Shown: positions 27,511 through 37,938 of the stretch, piece after piece
How positions within the stretch are numbered: the first letter of the stretch is position 1
Layout of the letters: each line of letters opens with the position of its first letter
DNA from: Candidatus Porisulfidus sp. TsSOB
Lineage (GTDB): Bacteria > Pseudomonadota > Gammaproteobacteria > Poriferisulfidales > Poriferisulfidaceae
Length of the DNA: 64,000 bases
Direction: 5' to 3'
Assembly (NCBI GenBank): GCA_002631715.1
Contig: MRSX01000010.1
Location: forward strand, 18,713-82,712
Notes under the pieces: generated by a model
Told to the model about the DNA's origin: nothing
The model's database searches: none
What the model saw: the letters and a program-made list of their open reading frames with translations, nothing else
Made by a program: the position numbers and the translations under genes

Positions 27511-28395
27511 CTAGGGTGCATGGGTTCCCTCTGGAAACACCGCTTGCGCATCAAATACTGGGCCGTCCACACACACCCGCTTCATGGCCCAACCGTCTTC
27601 ACCCAACACCGGAACCGTACAACCCGCGCACCCGCCTACCGCGCATGCCATGTATTCCTCCATGCAGACCTGGCACGGTACGTCGAACTCTCGCGCCAGC
27701 CGGGCGACCGCCTCCAGCATCGGCACTGGCCCGCAGGTGAACACGGCGACCCGCGCACGCTGCTCCGGAGTCTGGGTCTCAAGCCACATCCGGGCAGCCG
27801 CATCAACGTAACCGTCGTAGCAACCGGCGTAACCCTGAGTGGAACACAAGCGGGAAGCGACCCCCCAGTCCTCGAGCAGGCTCATGCCTGCGATGACGCC
27901 ATCCGGCATTCCCGGGACCCGGATGGTCGAGGGGCGGCTTGCGAATGGAAAGGGAATCTCCGACCCCATCACCACCAGCGGCACAGTGTGCTCCTTGATC
28001 TCACGGGCCAGGAACAGGATTGGCGGAATTCCGACCCCTCCTCCGATCAACAGGGGGCGATCCCGATCCGGTTCGGCTTGGAACCCCCGCCCGATTGGGC
28101 CGAGCGCCGGCAGCGTCTCGCCTTCCCGAACACGCGCCAGTTCCTCCGTCCCTTTTCCGATTACCTTGTACAGCACTTCGACCGTCCCGCGCTCCCGGTC
28201 ACTCCACAGAATGGAGAGCGGGCGGCGCATCATGAGTGGCTCGGCATGAACGCCCAAGTGAACGAAACTGCCCGGCGTAGCGGATTCGGCGATCGCCGGT
28301 GCGTCGATCACCAGCGCATGCTGATCCGCTTCCAGGTGGCGCACCTGGACAACCTGGGCGTCGAGGCTGTGGATGACGTTGCGGAATTCCTCCAT
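27511..28395 (-). CDS. pyrK: Dihydroorotate dehydrogenase electron transfer subunit
   Basis: RRPLSI, GGGVGIPP, CGPVPML, EEYMACAVGGCAGC...RVCVDGPVF; TAATG-coupled to the pyrC gene. Confidence 0.9.
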   Translation of the reverse strand: MEEFRNVIHSLDAQVVQVRHLEADQHALVIDAPAIAESATPGSFVHLGVHAEPLMMRRPLSILWSDRERGTVEVLYKVIGKGTEELARVREGETLPALGPIGRGFQAEPDRDRPLLIGGGVGIPPILFLAREIKEHTVPLVVMGSEIPFPFASRPSTIRVPGMPDGVIAGMSLLEDWGVASRLCSTQGYAGCYDGYVDAAARMWLETQTPEQRARVAVFTCGPVPMLEAVARLAREFDVPCQVCMEEYMACAVGGCAGCTVPVLGEDGWAMKRVCVDGPVFDAQAVFPEGTHAP

Positions 28396-29678
28396 TACGC
28401 CTCTCCTTCCCGCTCGTAGACGATGCGACCGCCGCAAATGGTCGCCTGTACCCGATCATGGAACTGCCAACCATCGAACGGCGTGTTCCGTCCCGCACTC
28501 AGCATTGCTTCCACGTCAAAAGTCCAAGGCTCGTCCAACCGCACCACGCAAAGATCCGCCGGTGCTCCGACAGCCAACGTCCCCGTGTTGCGCCCCAAGA
28601 TCTCGGCCGGGCCTGCCGTCAGGCGTTCCACCGCGATCGCCCGCGTGAGGATATCCTCGGTCACCAGTTCCATGGTCAGCGGCAACAATGTCTCGATCCC
28701 CGAGATGCCAGGCCGGGCTTCGGGAAACGGCGCCATCTTCGAATCCGGGTCCAGCGGTTGATGATCCGAGCAAATCGCCTGGATTATTCCATCCCGCACA
28801 CCTTCGCGCAAACGTTGCCGGTCATGTTCGGTACGCAGGGGCGGGCTGACCAGCGCGTTGACCTCGAACCCTTCCACGGCCTCTTCCGTCAGGAACAACT
28901 GATGCACCGCCACATCCGCCGTCACCGGCAATCCCGCCTGCCGCCCGATTTCCAGCATATCCACCGCCTGCGCGCAGGAAAGCCGACAGAAATGGACCCG
29001 TGCACCGGTATCCTGCACCAAGGCCGTCATCTGCGCCAGGGCGGCGGTTTCCGCTGCCGGCAGGATTCCCGGCAGGCCCAGCCGGGCTGCAAAAGTGCCT
29101 TCATGCGCGCAGCCCTGACCTGCCAAGGCATGATCCAAGGGGTGGTAGAACAGGGTCAAGTCCTGGCTGGCTGCATACTCCATGGCCCGGCGCAGCACCA
29201 GCAGGTTGGCGTAGGGCCGCGTCCCGTTGCTGACCCCGACACAGCCCGCTTCGCGCAACGCGCCAAGACTGGCCAGTTGCGTATCTCCCAGCCCGTGCAT
29301 GGCCGCGCCCAAGGTTTCCAGCCGAGCGAAACCGGCCTGTTGCGCCTGCTCCATCAAGAGCCTCACTGCTGCCGGCGAGTCCGGGATCGGCTGCGTCTCC
29401 GCCACCGAGCAGACCGTGGTCACGCCGCCCGCCACCGCGGCCCGGGTCTCGCTTTCCACGCTGGCGCGCTGCTCGCCCATCGGGTTGAGACAGACCGCCA
29501 AATCCACTGCGCCCGGCATCACCAAGCAGCCTTGGGCATCCACGACCTGTTCCGCCTCGAACTCTTCCGTCGCCGTCCCCAGCCCGACGATCTTCCCGCG
29601 GGCACAGAACACGTCGCGCACCGCATCCGTCCCGCCGGCCGGGTCGAGAACGTATCCTCCGCGTATCGCCAGACGCAT
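28395..29678 (-). CDS. pyrC: Dihydroorotase-like protein (PyrC', probably non-catalytic ATCase partner)
   Basis: GGVTTV, PPLR, SDHQP, NTPFDG; metal-binding HxH replaced by AVC. Confidence 0.88.
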   Translation of the reverse strand: MRLAIRGGYVLDPAGGTDAVRDVFCARGKIVGLGTATEEFEAEQVVDAQGCLVMPGAVDLAVCLNPMGEQRASVESETRAAVAGGVTTVCSVAETQPIPDSPAAVRLLMEQAQQAGFARLETLGAAMHGLGDTQLASLGALREAGCVGVSNGTRPYANLLVLRRAMEYAASQDLTLFYHPLDHALAGQGCAHEGTFAARLGLPGILPAAETAALAQMTALVQDTGARVHFCRLSCAQAVDMLEIGRQAGLPVTADVAVHQLFLTEEAVEGFEVNALVSPPLRTEHDRQRLREGVRDGIIQAICSDHQPLDPDSKMAPFPEARPGISGIETLLPLTMELVTEDILTRAIAVERLTAGPAEILGRNTGTLAVGAPADLCVVRLDEPWTFDVEAMLSAGRNTPFDGWQFHDRVQATICGGRIVYEREGEA

Positions 29679-30673
29679 TACCAGGCATGCCTCCGCATCG
29701 CCATGGACAGGATCGCCATGCGCACCGCAATTCCATTCCGGACCTGTTTCAGGATCACCGACCGAGGGCCGTCCACCACGGCCGACTCGATTTCCACCCC
29801 GCGGTTGACGGGGCCCGGATGCATCACGATCCCATCCTCCGCCAGCAACTCCACTCGTGCCCGGGTCAAGCCGTAGAGCCGGTAATATTCGTCCTCGCTC
29901 GGCACGAAACTTCCATGCATCCGCTCCTTCTGCAAGCGCAGCATGATCACAGCCTGCGCCCCGACCAAGCCTTCTTCCATGGACTTGAACGGAATCACGC
30001 CCAAGCTGGTCGCCTCGCGCGGCAGCAGGGTCCGCGGTGCGATCACCCGGATCTCGCCGACCCCCAGGGAGCGCAAGGCCTGAATCTCGGAGCGCGCCAC
30101 CCGCGAATGCAGGATGTCGCCGACGATCACGACCGTGATTGCGCTGAAATCCGGAAAATGCTGACGCAAGGTAAACATGTCAAGCATGGCTTGGGTCGGG
30201 TGCGCATGCCGACCATCGCCCGCATTGATGACGCTGATGTGCTCGGCGACGTGGCGGACGATGAAGTGCGCCGCACCACTCTGGTGATGGCGAACCACGA
30301 ACATGTCGCAATGCATCGCCTCAAGGTTGCGCAGGGTGTCCAGCAGGCTCTCACCCTTGGTCGTGGCGGCAGTGGCCATGTCCAGGTTGAGCACGTCGGC
30401 AGACAGGCGTTTGGCCGCGAGTTCGAACGTGGTGCGGGTGCGGGTGCTTGCCTCGAAGAACAGGTTGACGATGGTCTTGCCGCGGAGCAGCGGAACCTTC
30501 CGTGCCGCCTGGTCCGCAGCCGTATGAAACGACTGCGCGGTACTCAGGATCTCTTCCAGGAGCGCGGCCGGCAATCCCTCAATGGTCAGGAAGTGGCGCA
30601 AGCGCCCTTCCTCGTCCAACTGATATTGCGCCGCAGGCGGCAACCGAAACAGTGTCGGCTGGGTCGAACTCAC
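29678..30673 (-). CDS. pyrB: Aspartate carbamoyltransferase catalytic subunit
   Basis: [43 protein letters not shown]. Confidence 0.97.
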   Translation of the reverse strand: MSSTQPTLFRLPPAAQYQLDEEGRLRHFLTIEGLPAALLEEILSTAQSFHTAADQAARKVPLLRGKTIVNLFFEASTRTRTTFELAAKRLSADVLNLDMATAATTKGESLLDTLRNLEAMHCDMFVVRHHQSGAAHFIVRHVAEHISVINAGDGRHAHPTQAMLDMFTLRQHFPDFSAITVVIVGDILHSRVARSEIQALRSLGVGEIRVIAPRTLLPREATSLGVIPFKSMEEGLVGAQAVIMLRLQKERMHGSFVPSEDEYYRLYGLTRARVELLAEDGIVMHPGPVNRGVEIESAVVDGPRSVILKQVRNGIAVRMAILSMAMRRHAW

Positions 30674-31206
30674 CGGGCAGGCTCTTCCAGCAACGAGTCG
30701 TTGGGCCGCGTAATCACCAGTTCCATGGGATCCGGGCCTTGAAGTTTGACCCGGTCTTCCGGGCCCAGTTCCAGGCGCATTCCGGTCAGATCCGGTGCCA
30801 CCGGAATCTCCCGCCCCGGCCGCTCCACCAGCACCACCAGCGAAACCGAGGCCGGCCGGCCGTATTCGAACAGTTCGTTGAGCGCCGCGCGGGTTGTCCG
30901 GCCGGTGAATAGCACGTCGTCGATCAACAGGACATGCCGGTCGTCCAGCGACGCCGGCATGCGGACCGGTTTCAGCGGCCGCACCCCGGTGCGTGCCACA
31001 TCATCACGGTGGTAACTGACGTCCAGCATGCCCAACGGTTCGGCGACCGCGCAGTGCGTGTGCAGCGCTTGAGCCACCCACACGCCGCCGGTGTGGATGC
31101 CGACGAAAACCGGCAAATTGATTCCGCGGGTAGTCAGAAAGGATTTAACAGAATCGCCAAGATGGGCGAGTACGGCACCGACATCAACCCTCTCGTGCGA
31201 TGACAT
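30670..31206 (-). CDS. pyrR: Pyrimidine operon regulator / uracil phosphoribosyltransferase
   Basis: [31 protein letters not shown]. Confidence 0.93.
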   Translation of the reverse strand: MSSHERVDVGAVLAHLGDSVKSFLTTRGINLPVFVGIHTGGVWVAQALHTHCAVAEPLGMLDVSYHRDDVARTGVRPLKPVRMPASLDDRHVLLIDDVLFTGRTTRAALNELFEYGRPASVSLVVLVERPGREIPVAPDLTGMRLELGPEDRVKLQGPDPMELVITRPNDSLLEEPAR

Positions 31207-31636
31207 GCTGCTCCGACAGCCAAGCATTCAGGATATAGGCGGCGGCCATCTTATCAGTTTCACCCCGCGTAAGTTTTTTCCGGGTCCCCTCCTGGCGCTG
31301 TGCGCGCAGCTCGGCGCGGGCGCATTCGGAAGAGTAATCCTCGTTGATCCGGGCCACCGGCAATTCGTAACGAGACCCTAATTCAGTGCAGAACCGGCGC
31401 AGTGCGCGAGGCAGGCGGTCGCCGGACCCGGTCTGCGCCTCCGGCTCGCCCACCACCAGCACGCTCGGGCGCCAGGTCTGGATCAAGCGATCGATCTCCG
31501 GCCAATCGACGGCACCATCGCGGTTGGCGACCACGTCCAGTCCGCGTGCGGTCGCAACCTCCAGGGAGCCCACCGCCACGCCAATCCGGGCCAATCCAAA
31601 ATCAAATCCCAAGGCCACCCTGTACGCGTCAGGCAT
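31184..31636 (-). CDS. yqgF: YqgF/RuvX pre-16S rRNA nuclease
   Basis: LGFDFGLARIGVAVG, VVGEP, DKMAAAYIL. Confidence 0.92.
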   Translation of the reverse strand: MPDAYRVALGFDFGLARIGVAVGSLEVATARGLDVVANRDGAVDWPEIDRLIQTWRPSVLVVGEPEAQTGSGDRLPRALRRFCTELGSRYELPVARINEDYSSECARAELRAQRQEGTRKKLTRGETDKMAAAYILNAWLSEQHVIAREG

Positions 31637-32186
31637 GCCCGCTTCCAAAATACAGGGATGACTCCTCCAGACCCAACTGCTCGAGCGCCTTGCCCCAGCG
31701 GCGTTCCGGGGGCAGGTCGAACAACAACTCCGGCGACGGGGCGGTCAGCCACCACGAGCCGGTATCCAGTTCCTCCTCCAGCTGCCCGGGAGACCAACCG
31801 GAATAGCCCATCGTCACCAGCAGGTTCTCCGGCCCCTTGCCGACCGCGCAGTGCTCCAGCAGGGAACGGGACGCCGTGACCCGGACCCGATCGTCGATCT
31901 CCGCGCTGTCCGACATTTCGTAGGTTCCCGAGTACAGCCCAAAACCCAGGTTCGGCTGCACCGGGCCGCCGAGGAAGACCGGCCGGGCAAGATTCTGTTC
32001 CACTTCCGGCGTAATCTTCATGTCGACGAGCAGGTCGTGCAACGTCATTTCCGAGGGGTGGTTCACGATGAAACCCATCGCGCCCTTCTCCTCCTCATGC
32101 TCGCAAACCAGGATCAGGGAACGCTGGAACATCGAATCCTGCAGATCCGGGGCCGCCACCAGCATCCGGCCGCGCAAGGTCTTCAT
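31629..32186 (-). CDS. yqgE: YqgE/AlgH family protein
   Basis: GAMGFIVNHP, FLGGPV, GYSGWSPGQLEEE, C-terminal GHA. Confidence 0.93.
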   Translation of the reverse strand: MKTLRGRMLVAAPDLQDSMFQRSLILVCEHEEEKGAMGFIVNHPSEMTLHDLLVDMKITPEVEQNLARPVFLGGPVQPNLGFGLYSGTYEMSDSAEIDDRVRVTASRSLLEHCAVGKGPENLLVTMGYSGWSPGQLEEELDTGSWWLTAPSPELLFDLPPERRWGKALEQLGLEESSLYFGSGHA

Positions 32187-32764
32187 GGACGGGGTGACTC
32201 CGCGGCGTACAGCCCGACCGACTCCCCGAACAACCAGCGACGGCTGATCTGCAACTGGTCGCGGTGCTGGCGAAGTTCTTCGGAAAACGGCGCGTGCGGC
32301 TGCGATTTCATCACGATCCTGCGGGCGGCATCGGCCAGAGGTTTCGGCCCCGGTTCGGCTTCGAATTGCCGAACCCCGCCCTGCGCATTTACCACCACAT
32401 GCACGACTACTTCTCCATCGAGACCCTGCACCATGCCGTTACCCAAGTGTTCCGTGCGCTCCACCCACTGGCGCACATATTCCTGTTCCAGAGTATACGC
32501 CTCCGGCATCTTTCCATCCAGACCTCTCACCAAAGTCGGGACGGGTGTCGGGGAAGAAGGCCAAGGTAATCCCTCTCCAGCCTCCGCCACGGAGGCCGAC
32601 CGACCCATGCCTCCGACCCAGAACACCTCGAAATTCAATTTCGCTCCCGGCTGTGCGGACGAAAACGTCACGCCCAATATCACCATGCCGTGAAACGCCA
32701 GCGCAAGAAACAGGCAGAATGCCAAACGTTCGGAATCGGGAACCGCAGGCAACAGCGGCTGCAT
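32183..32764 (-). CDS. Short TonB-family energy-transducer-like protein
   Basis: N-terminal TM ALAFHG..ILG and TonB C-domain (YVRQWVERTEHLGN...APFSEEL); conserved position between gshB and yqgE. Confidence 0.7.
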   Translation of the reverse strand: MQPLLPAVPDSERLAFCLFLALAFHGMVILGVTFSSAQPGAKLNFEVFWVGGMGRSASVAEAGEGLPWPSSPTPVPTLVRGLDGKMPEAYTLEQEYVRQWVERTEHLGNGMVQGLDGEVVVHVVVNAQGGVRQFEAEPGPKPLADAARRIVMKSQPHAPFSEELRQHRDQLQISRRWLFGESVGLYAAESPRP

Positions 32765-32770
32765 GGGGGT

Positions 32771-33727
32771 TCAGGTCTCCAGCCAGTGGTCGGCCACGGC
32801 ATCCCAGAAGCGCATCGCCACCGCCTGCCCGGTGTGCGCCTCCACCTCCCGGATGCAGGTCGGCGACGTGATGTTGATTTCGGTCAGCCATCCCCCGACG
32901 ACATCCGCGCCGGCAAAGCAGACCCCGGCGTCCCGCAGGGGCGTCCCGAGACGGTCGGCGATCTCGCGGTCGCGGTCATTGGCGGGCTCGACCCGCAAGG
33001 TCCCGCCCTGGGCGAGGTTGGCGCGGAATTCACCGGCCTTGGGGATGCGCACGGCGACATCCGGGATCAACTCGCCGTCGATCAGCAACAGGCGGCGATC
33101 CCCTTCCGTGACTTCGGGAAGAAAACGCTGCGCCATCACCGGCACGGTCCCCTGGTGCGTGACGGACTCGATGATGGTAGCCAAGTCGGCATCATCACGG
33201 CGCAAGCGGTACACCAAAGCTCCTCCCATACGGTCGAGTGGCTTGATGACGATCTCATTGTACTCCGCGAGAAACCCCTCCAGGTCGTCCCGGCACGCGC
33301 TCACCAGAAACGGCGGCGCTAGGTCGGCGAACTGCACGATGGAGAGCTTTTCGTTCATGTTGCGCAGCGTCTCCGGGGCATTGAGCACGCAGACGCCTGC
33401 GGCGTGAACCTGGTCCAGCAGCCAGGTAGCGGCGATGTACGCCATATCGACCGGCGGGTCCTTGCGCATCAGCACCACGTCGAACTCCGTCAGTGCGACC
33501 GAGCCCTCCTCCCGAACCTGCCACCAGTCGGTCTGATCGGCAACCTGGATCTTGCGGACATGCGCATCCACGCCGGCCGGGCCGCCGCAGAGGTCGGAAG
33601 GGGTCGTGATGTAGATTTCGGCGCCGCGCGCCTGCGCCGCCAGCATCAGGGCGACGGTCGAATCCTTGGCGGGTTGGATCCACTCCGGCGGATCCATGAC
33701 AACGGCGACGCGGCGCAGTTCACCCAC
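32771..33727 (-). CDS. gshB: Glutathione synthetase
   Basis: VVMDP, KDST, MRKDPP, NEKL, KPLDRMGG, RANLAQGG, TEINITSPTC; GTG start at 33727. Confidence 0.95.
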   Translation of the reverse strand: MGELRRVAVVMDPPEWIQPAKDSTVALMLAAQARGAEIYITTPSDLCGGPAGVDAHVRKIQVADQTDWWQVREEGSVALTEFDVVLMRKDPPVDMAYIAATWLLDQVHAAGVCVLNAPETLRNMNEKLSIVQFADLAPPFLVSACRDDLEGFLAEYNEIVIKPLDRMGGALVYRLRRDDADLATIIESVTHQGTVPVMAQRFLPEVTEGDRRLLLIDGELIPDVAVRIPKAGEFRANLAQGGTLRVEPANDRDREIADRLGTPLRDAGVCFAGADVVGGWLTEINITSPTCIREVEAHTGQAVAMRFWDAVADHWLET

Positions 33728-33744
33728 GAACCGAGCCCGACGCC

Positions 33745-35055
33745 TCAGTAACGGTAGTGCTCCGGCTTGTAGGGCCCGTCCACGCCGAGGCCCAGGTATT
33801 CCGCCTGCTCCGGCGTCAGGGCGGTCAGCCGAACGCCCAGCTTGTCCAGGTGCAGGCGTGCCACCTCTTCGTCCTTCTCCTTCGGCAGGGTATGCACGCC
33901 GAGTTCGTAGTCGTCCGGACGCTGCCACAGTTCGATCTGGGCCAGTATCTGGTTGGCGAACGAGCACGACATCACGAAACTGGGGTGCCCGGTGGCACAG
34001 CCCAGGTTGACCAGCCGTCCCTTGGCCAGCACGATCAGGCGCTTGCCGTCGGGGAAAGTCACGTGGTCGACCTGCGGCTTGATTTCTTCCCAGGCGTAAT
34101 TGTCCAGCGAAGCGATATCGATCTCGTTGTCGAAATGCCCGATGTTGCAGACGATCGCCTCGTTCTTCATCTGCCACATGTGCTCGAAGGTGATCACATG
34201 GTGACAGCCGGTCGCGGTAACGAAGATGTCGGCCTTCGGCGCGGCCTCCTCCATGGTCACCACCGGCAGGCCTTCCATCGCCGCCTGCAGCGCACAGATC
34301 GGGTCCACTTCCGTGATCCATACGATCGCGCCCTGCGCCCGCAGCGATTGGGCGCAACCCTTTCCGACCCCGCCGTACCCCGCGACCACGCAGACCTTGC
34401 CCGCGATCATCACGTCGGTCGCCCGCTTGAGGCCGTCGAGGAGGGACTCGCGGCAGCCGTAGGTGTTGTCGAACTTGGACTTGGTGACCGAATCGTTCAC
34501 GTTGATCGCCGGCACCTTCAGCTCCCCTTTCTCGTACATGGTGTACAAGCGGTTGACGCCGGTGGTTGTCTCTTCGGAGATTCCGCGCACCTGTTCGAGC
34601 AGTTTCGGGTATTCGTCGTGCATCATGCGCGTCAGGTCGCCGCCGTCATCCAGCAGCAGGTTCGGGGTCCAGCCGTCCGGACCCTCGATGGTCCGGCGGA
34701 TGCACTCCTCGTATTCTTCCTCGGTCTCCCCTTTCCAGGCGAACACCGGAATGCCTTGATCGGCGACCGCGGCCGCGGCATGATCCTGGGTCGAGTAGAT
34801 ATTGCAGGACGACCAGCGCACTTCGGCACCGAGCGCCACGAGGGTCTCGATCAGCACGGCGGTCTGGATCGTCATGTGCAGGCAACCCGCAATACGGGCG
34901 CCCGCCAGCGGCTGCTTGGCCTTGTATTTGTCGCACAGCGCGACCAACCCGGGCATTTCGGTGCGGGCGATCGCGATCTCCTTGTGGCCCCAGGCGGCCA
35001 ATCCCAAGTCGGCGACCTGATGATCCGGGCGGAGCTGAGTGGCGGGCTCGGTCAT
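33745..35055 (-). CDS. ahcY: Adenosylhomocysteinase
   Basis: [44 protein letters not shown]. Confidence 0.98.
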   Translation of the reverse strand: MTEPATQLRPDHQVADLGLAAWGHKEIAIARTEMPGLVALCDKYKAKQPLAGARIAGCLHMTIQTAVLIETLVALGAEVRWSSCNIYSTQDHAAAAVADQGIPVFAWKGETEEEYEECIRRTIEGPDGWTPNLLLDDGGDLTRMMHDEYPKLLEQVRGISEETTTGVNRLYTMYEKGELKVPAINVNDSVTKSKFDNTYGCRESLLDGLKRATDVMIAGKVCVVAGYGGVGKGCAQSLRAQGAIVWITEVDPICALQAAMEGLPVVTMEEAAPKADIFVTATGCHHVITFEHMWQMKNEAIVCNIGHFDNEIDIASLDNYAWEEIKPQVDHVTFPDGKRLIVLAKGRLVNLGCATGHPSFVMSCSFANQILAQIELWQRPDDYELGVHTLPKEKDEEVARLHLDKLGVRLTALTPEQAEYLGLGVDGPYKPEHYRY

Positions 35056-35062
35056 GATTTAA

Positions 35063-36262
35063 CTATACTCCCAGCGCGTTTTGTAGCTGTTCCAGCCGTT
35101 TCGGGTTCTCATTTTCCCACGGAAATGCCTTTCTCGGGTCACCGAAGTGCCCGTGCTTCGCCGTGTCTTGGTAACGAAAACCGCGCCTCTTGTCCAGCAG
35201 GCCGAGCATTTTGATGATGCCACCCGGCGACAGATCGAAGATGTCGCCGGCCATCAGGACCTTGTTCAAGCGCTGTTCGGAAACCGTGCCCGTGCCGAAC
35301 GTTTCGGCCCGGACCGACACCGGATCGGGCCATCCGATCGCATAAGCCAGTTGCACCTCGCAGCGCCGGGCGAGCCCGCTGCCGACCACATGCCGAGCCA
35401 CGTAGCGCGCCGCGTAGGCGGCCGAGCGATCGACCTTGGACGGGTCTTTTCCGGAGAACGCGCCGCCGCCATGACGGGCCATGCCGCCATAGGTGTCGAC
35501 GATGATCTTGCGCCCGGTGACGCCGCAGTCACCGACCGGCCCCCCGGTGACGAACCGCCCGGTCGGGTTGATCAGCACCTTGAACCTCCCCGCGCGCATT
35601 TTTTCCGGAATGACCGGATAGATGATCGTCTCGCGCACGAATTCCCGCAGGTTCTTTTGCGAGATGTCCTTGCTGTGCTGGGTGGACAACACCACCGTCC
35701 TGACCGCAACCGGGCGCCCCTCTTCATCGTAGAGGAACGTGACCTGGCTTTTTGCGTCCGGGCGCAATATGTTTCTCCCCTCTTTAGTCTTTCGGACCCG
35801 TTCATGCTTGCGCATCAGTTCATGCGCGTAGTGGATCGGGGCCGGCATCCGGGTCCTGGTTTCGTCGCACGCGAAGCCGAAGATAATGCCTTGGTCTCCG
35901 GCACCCTGCCTTTTTTTGCTGACCCCCCTGCCGATATCCAGAGACTGCATGCCGATGTGGTTGGTCACCTGGCAATCGGTCGCATCAAACCCGACTCCCA
36001 GAGCCTTGGTGTAGCCGATGTCCTTGACCACGGCCCGGGCGATCCGGTCGTAGTCGGCATCCTCCATCTTCTTGCCCGGGACTAGCGACAGCTCGCCGGC
36101 CAGGATTACCTGTTGATCCTTGACCAGGGTTTCCACGGCGACTCGTGCACGGAGATCCCGTGCCAGCGCCTCGTCCAGCACCGCATCCGAGATCTGATCG
36201 CACACTTTATCCGGGTGGCCCCGGGAGACTGCTTCGGAGGTAAAAAGGCTGTGTCGGCTCAA
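35063..36262 (-). CDS. metK: S-adenosylmethionine synthetase
   Basis: [46 protein letters not shown]; TTG start at 36262. Confidence 0.97.
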   Translation of the reverse strand: MSRHSLFTSEAVSRGHPDKVCDQISDAVLDEALARDLRARVAVETLVKDQQVILAGELSLVPGKKMEDADYDRIARAVVKDIGYTKALGVGFDATDCQVTNHIGMQSLDIGRGVSKKRQGAGDQGIIFGFACDETRTRMPAPIHYAHELMRKHERVRKTKEGRNILRPDAKSQVTFLYDEEGRPVAVRTVVLSTQHSKDISQKNLREFVRETIIYPVIPEKMRAGRFKVLINPTGRFVTGGPVGDCGVTGRKIIVDTYGGMARHGGGAFSGKDPSKVDRSAAYAARYVARHVVGSGLARRCEVQLAYAIGWPDPVSVRAETFGTGTVSEQRLNKVLMAGDIFDLSPGGIIKMLGLLDKRRGFRYQDTAKHGHFGDPRKAFPWENENPKRLEQLQNALGV

Positions 36263-36355
36263 CCGATTCGTCCCGCTTCGAAATTGCGCCCATTCTACAA
36301 TGCCCCAAAAACGGGTAGAATCTGTCCGCTCAAATCCATCTCGAAGGAGAATTGC

Positions 36356-36862
36356 ATGACGACCGTCACCCTGCACGGCAACGAAGTCAACTTGGAAGGC
36401 ACCCTGCCGGAGATCGGCAGCGCCGCGCCGGACTTCGAGTTGGTCGACCGAGACCTCAACGTAGCCACCCTCGGCACATTCGGCGATGCCCGAAAGCTGC
36501 TTTCAATCCTGCCCAGTATCGATACCCCGGTCTGCGCGAAATCTTCCGTCCAATTCAATCAAGAGGCCCAGAAGCTCGACGACAAGTCGGTGGTTCTGGT
36601 GATCTCGTCCGACCTGCCTTTTGCCATGACCCGCTTCTGCGCCGACCAGGGCACCGACCGCCTGGTCACCCTGTCAATGATGCGGAACCGGGACTTCGCG
36701 CGCGACTACGGCGTGCTGATCGCCGAGGGCCCTCTGGCCGGGATTACCGCCCGCGCCGTCGTGGTGCTGGACAGCAACAACAAGGTCCTGTACACCGAAC
36801 TGGTGCCCGAAATCGGAGACGAACCGAATTACGCAGAAGCGATGGCCGCATTGCGGGGGTAA
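36356..36862 (+). CDS. tpx: Thiol peroxidase (atypical 2-Cys peroxiredoxin)
   Basis: [31 protein letters not shown]; AAGGAG RBS. Confidence 0.95.
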   Translation: MTTVTLHGNEVNLEGTLPEIGSAAPDFELVDRDLNVATLGTFGDARKLLSILPSIDTPVCAKSSVQFNQEAQKLDDKSVVLVISSDLPFAMTRFCADQGTDRLVTLSMMRNRDFARDYGVLIAEGPLAGITARAVVVLDSNNKVLYTELVPEIGDEPNYAEAMAALRG

Positions 36863-37010
36863 GCCGGCTGCCACGCACCTGATCTCCGAGTTATCAGCCC
36901 AGGCCACCGCAAGGCCTTTTCCTTTGTTGCAAGACCTCCACAAGCATGCAGGGGAAGGCATGCCAAGTTTTTGCTATACTCAATGAAAGTCGAGAAGGAG
37001 CCGCTTAATT

Positions 37011-37238
37011 GTGGACTTGAACAAGCCTTCGGTCGAAGCCGCGCTCACCACGCTTGAGCAACAGGTCGACACGTTGACCACGCTGTGCGAGCGTCTGGTC
37101 AATGCCAACCAAGTCTTGGTCAAACGTTGCGACCAGATGCAGGAACAACAGCGCGACTGGCGCCGCAAGAACCGTCAGGCCCGCACCGCCGTCGAGCAGG
37201 TGCTGGCGCAACTCAAGCCGTACAGCAGACTCCAATGA
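37011..37238 (+). CDS. Coiled-coil protein upstream of zapA (TIGR02449/ZapB-like)
   Basis: LEQQVDTL...CERL...KNRQAR..VE; conserved position. Confidence 0.8.
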   Translation: MDLNKPSVEAALTTLEQQVDTLTTLCERLVNANQVLVKRCDQMQEQQRDWRRKNRQARTAVEQVLAQLKPYSRLQ

Positions 37239-37543
37239 GTGCAGAATCCGAACAGGTTGGCTTCCGTCTTCTCAAGAAGACCTACGAAGTCGGCTGTCCG
37301 CCCGACCAGCGCAAATCCCTCGACGAAGCCATCAAGTTCCTGAAGGCCCAGGTACAGAAAGTCCACGACGCCGATGCCACCGCCGGCATAGATCGCGTTG
37401 CGGTCATCACGGCACTGAACCTGAGCCATGAATACCTGCGCCTGTCGAAGGGAATGCCGGATCATCTGCTCGAACGCATCGATGCGCTGTCGGCACGAGT
37501 CCAGAAAGCACTGGACCGGGTCGAGGAGGCGAACCTGACATGA
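37235..37543 (+). CDS. zapA: Cell division protein ZapA
   Basis: YEVGCP, DRVAVITALNLSHE; ATGA overlap. Confidence 0.9.
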   Translation: MSAESEQVGFRLLKKTYEVGCPPDQRKSLDEAIKFLKAQVQKVHDADATAGIDRVAVITALNLSHEYLRLSKGMPDHLLERIDALSARVQKALDRVEEANLT

Positions 37544-37575
37544 CGGCGAACAACCCCACGAATCATTGGAAGTCG

Positions 37576-37755
37576 GTGCCTCCGCCTGTTCCACCAGGCA
37601 CACCCGTGAACCTATTCCAACTGACCGGGACCCGACGCGTAAATGCTTTTGCGCACTACCGGCGTTTTCGTCCGGGAAGCCTACGGCATTTCCTAGGGAC
37701 CCACCTGAACTTTCGGTTCAGGGTCACGTCCTGGTTCACGGCAGGCGGAGTGCAC
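37576..37755 (+). ncRNA. ssrS: 6S RNA
   Basis: Directly after zapA; 5' gtgcctccgcctg pairs with 3' caggcggagtgcac; internal cctgaac-tttcg-gttcagg hairpin; ~180 nt. Confidence 0.85.
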
Positions 37756-37938
37756 TGCCTTTCCTTCCGAACATTCTTCTCGGTGCGCAAGCACCGTTTT
37801 GCACAAAACGGCAGCTTGAGCCCAGATGCCGGTTTGTGTCACTAAACACGCTGGAGTAACGAACCAATGTTGTCTTCTATGACAGTTGGCTCTCCAGCGT
37901 TTATTTTGTGTCTGTAATAAACCAACCTGGAGGATCAC

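Noticed and set aside
27438-27521. Short ORF MHPRPGLNG... overlapping the pyrK stop as a pyrD remnant
   Set aside because: No recognizable PyrD sequence; kept only as a possible coupling element in the porin finding.
28395-29678. Dihydroorotase lacking metal-binding histidines as a pseudogene
   Set aside because: Matches the known inactive PyrC' structural subunit of Pseudomonas-type ATCase.
28458-35214. Long antisense ORFs (e.g. 28458-29876, 29687-30742, 33757-35214) and long 5' extensions of gshB, metK, cmoA and argH
   Set aside because: Shadow frames expected from high-GC codon bias opposite or overlapping well-supported housekeeping genes; no motifs.
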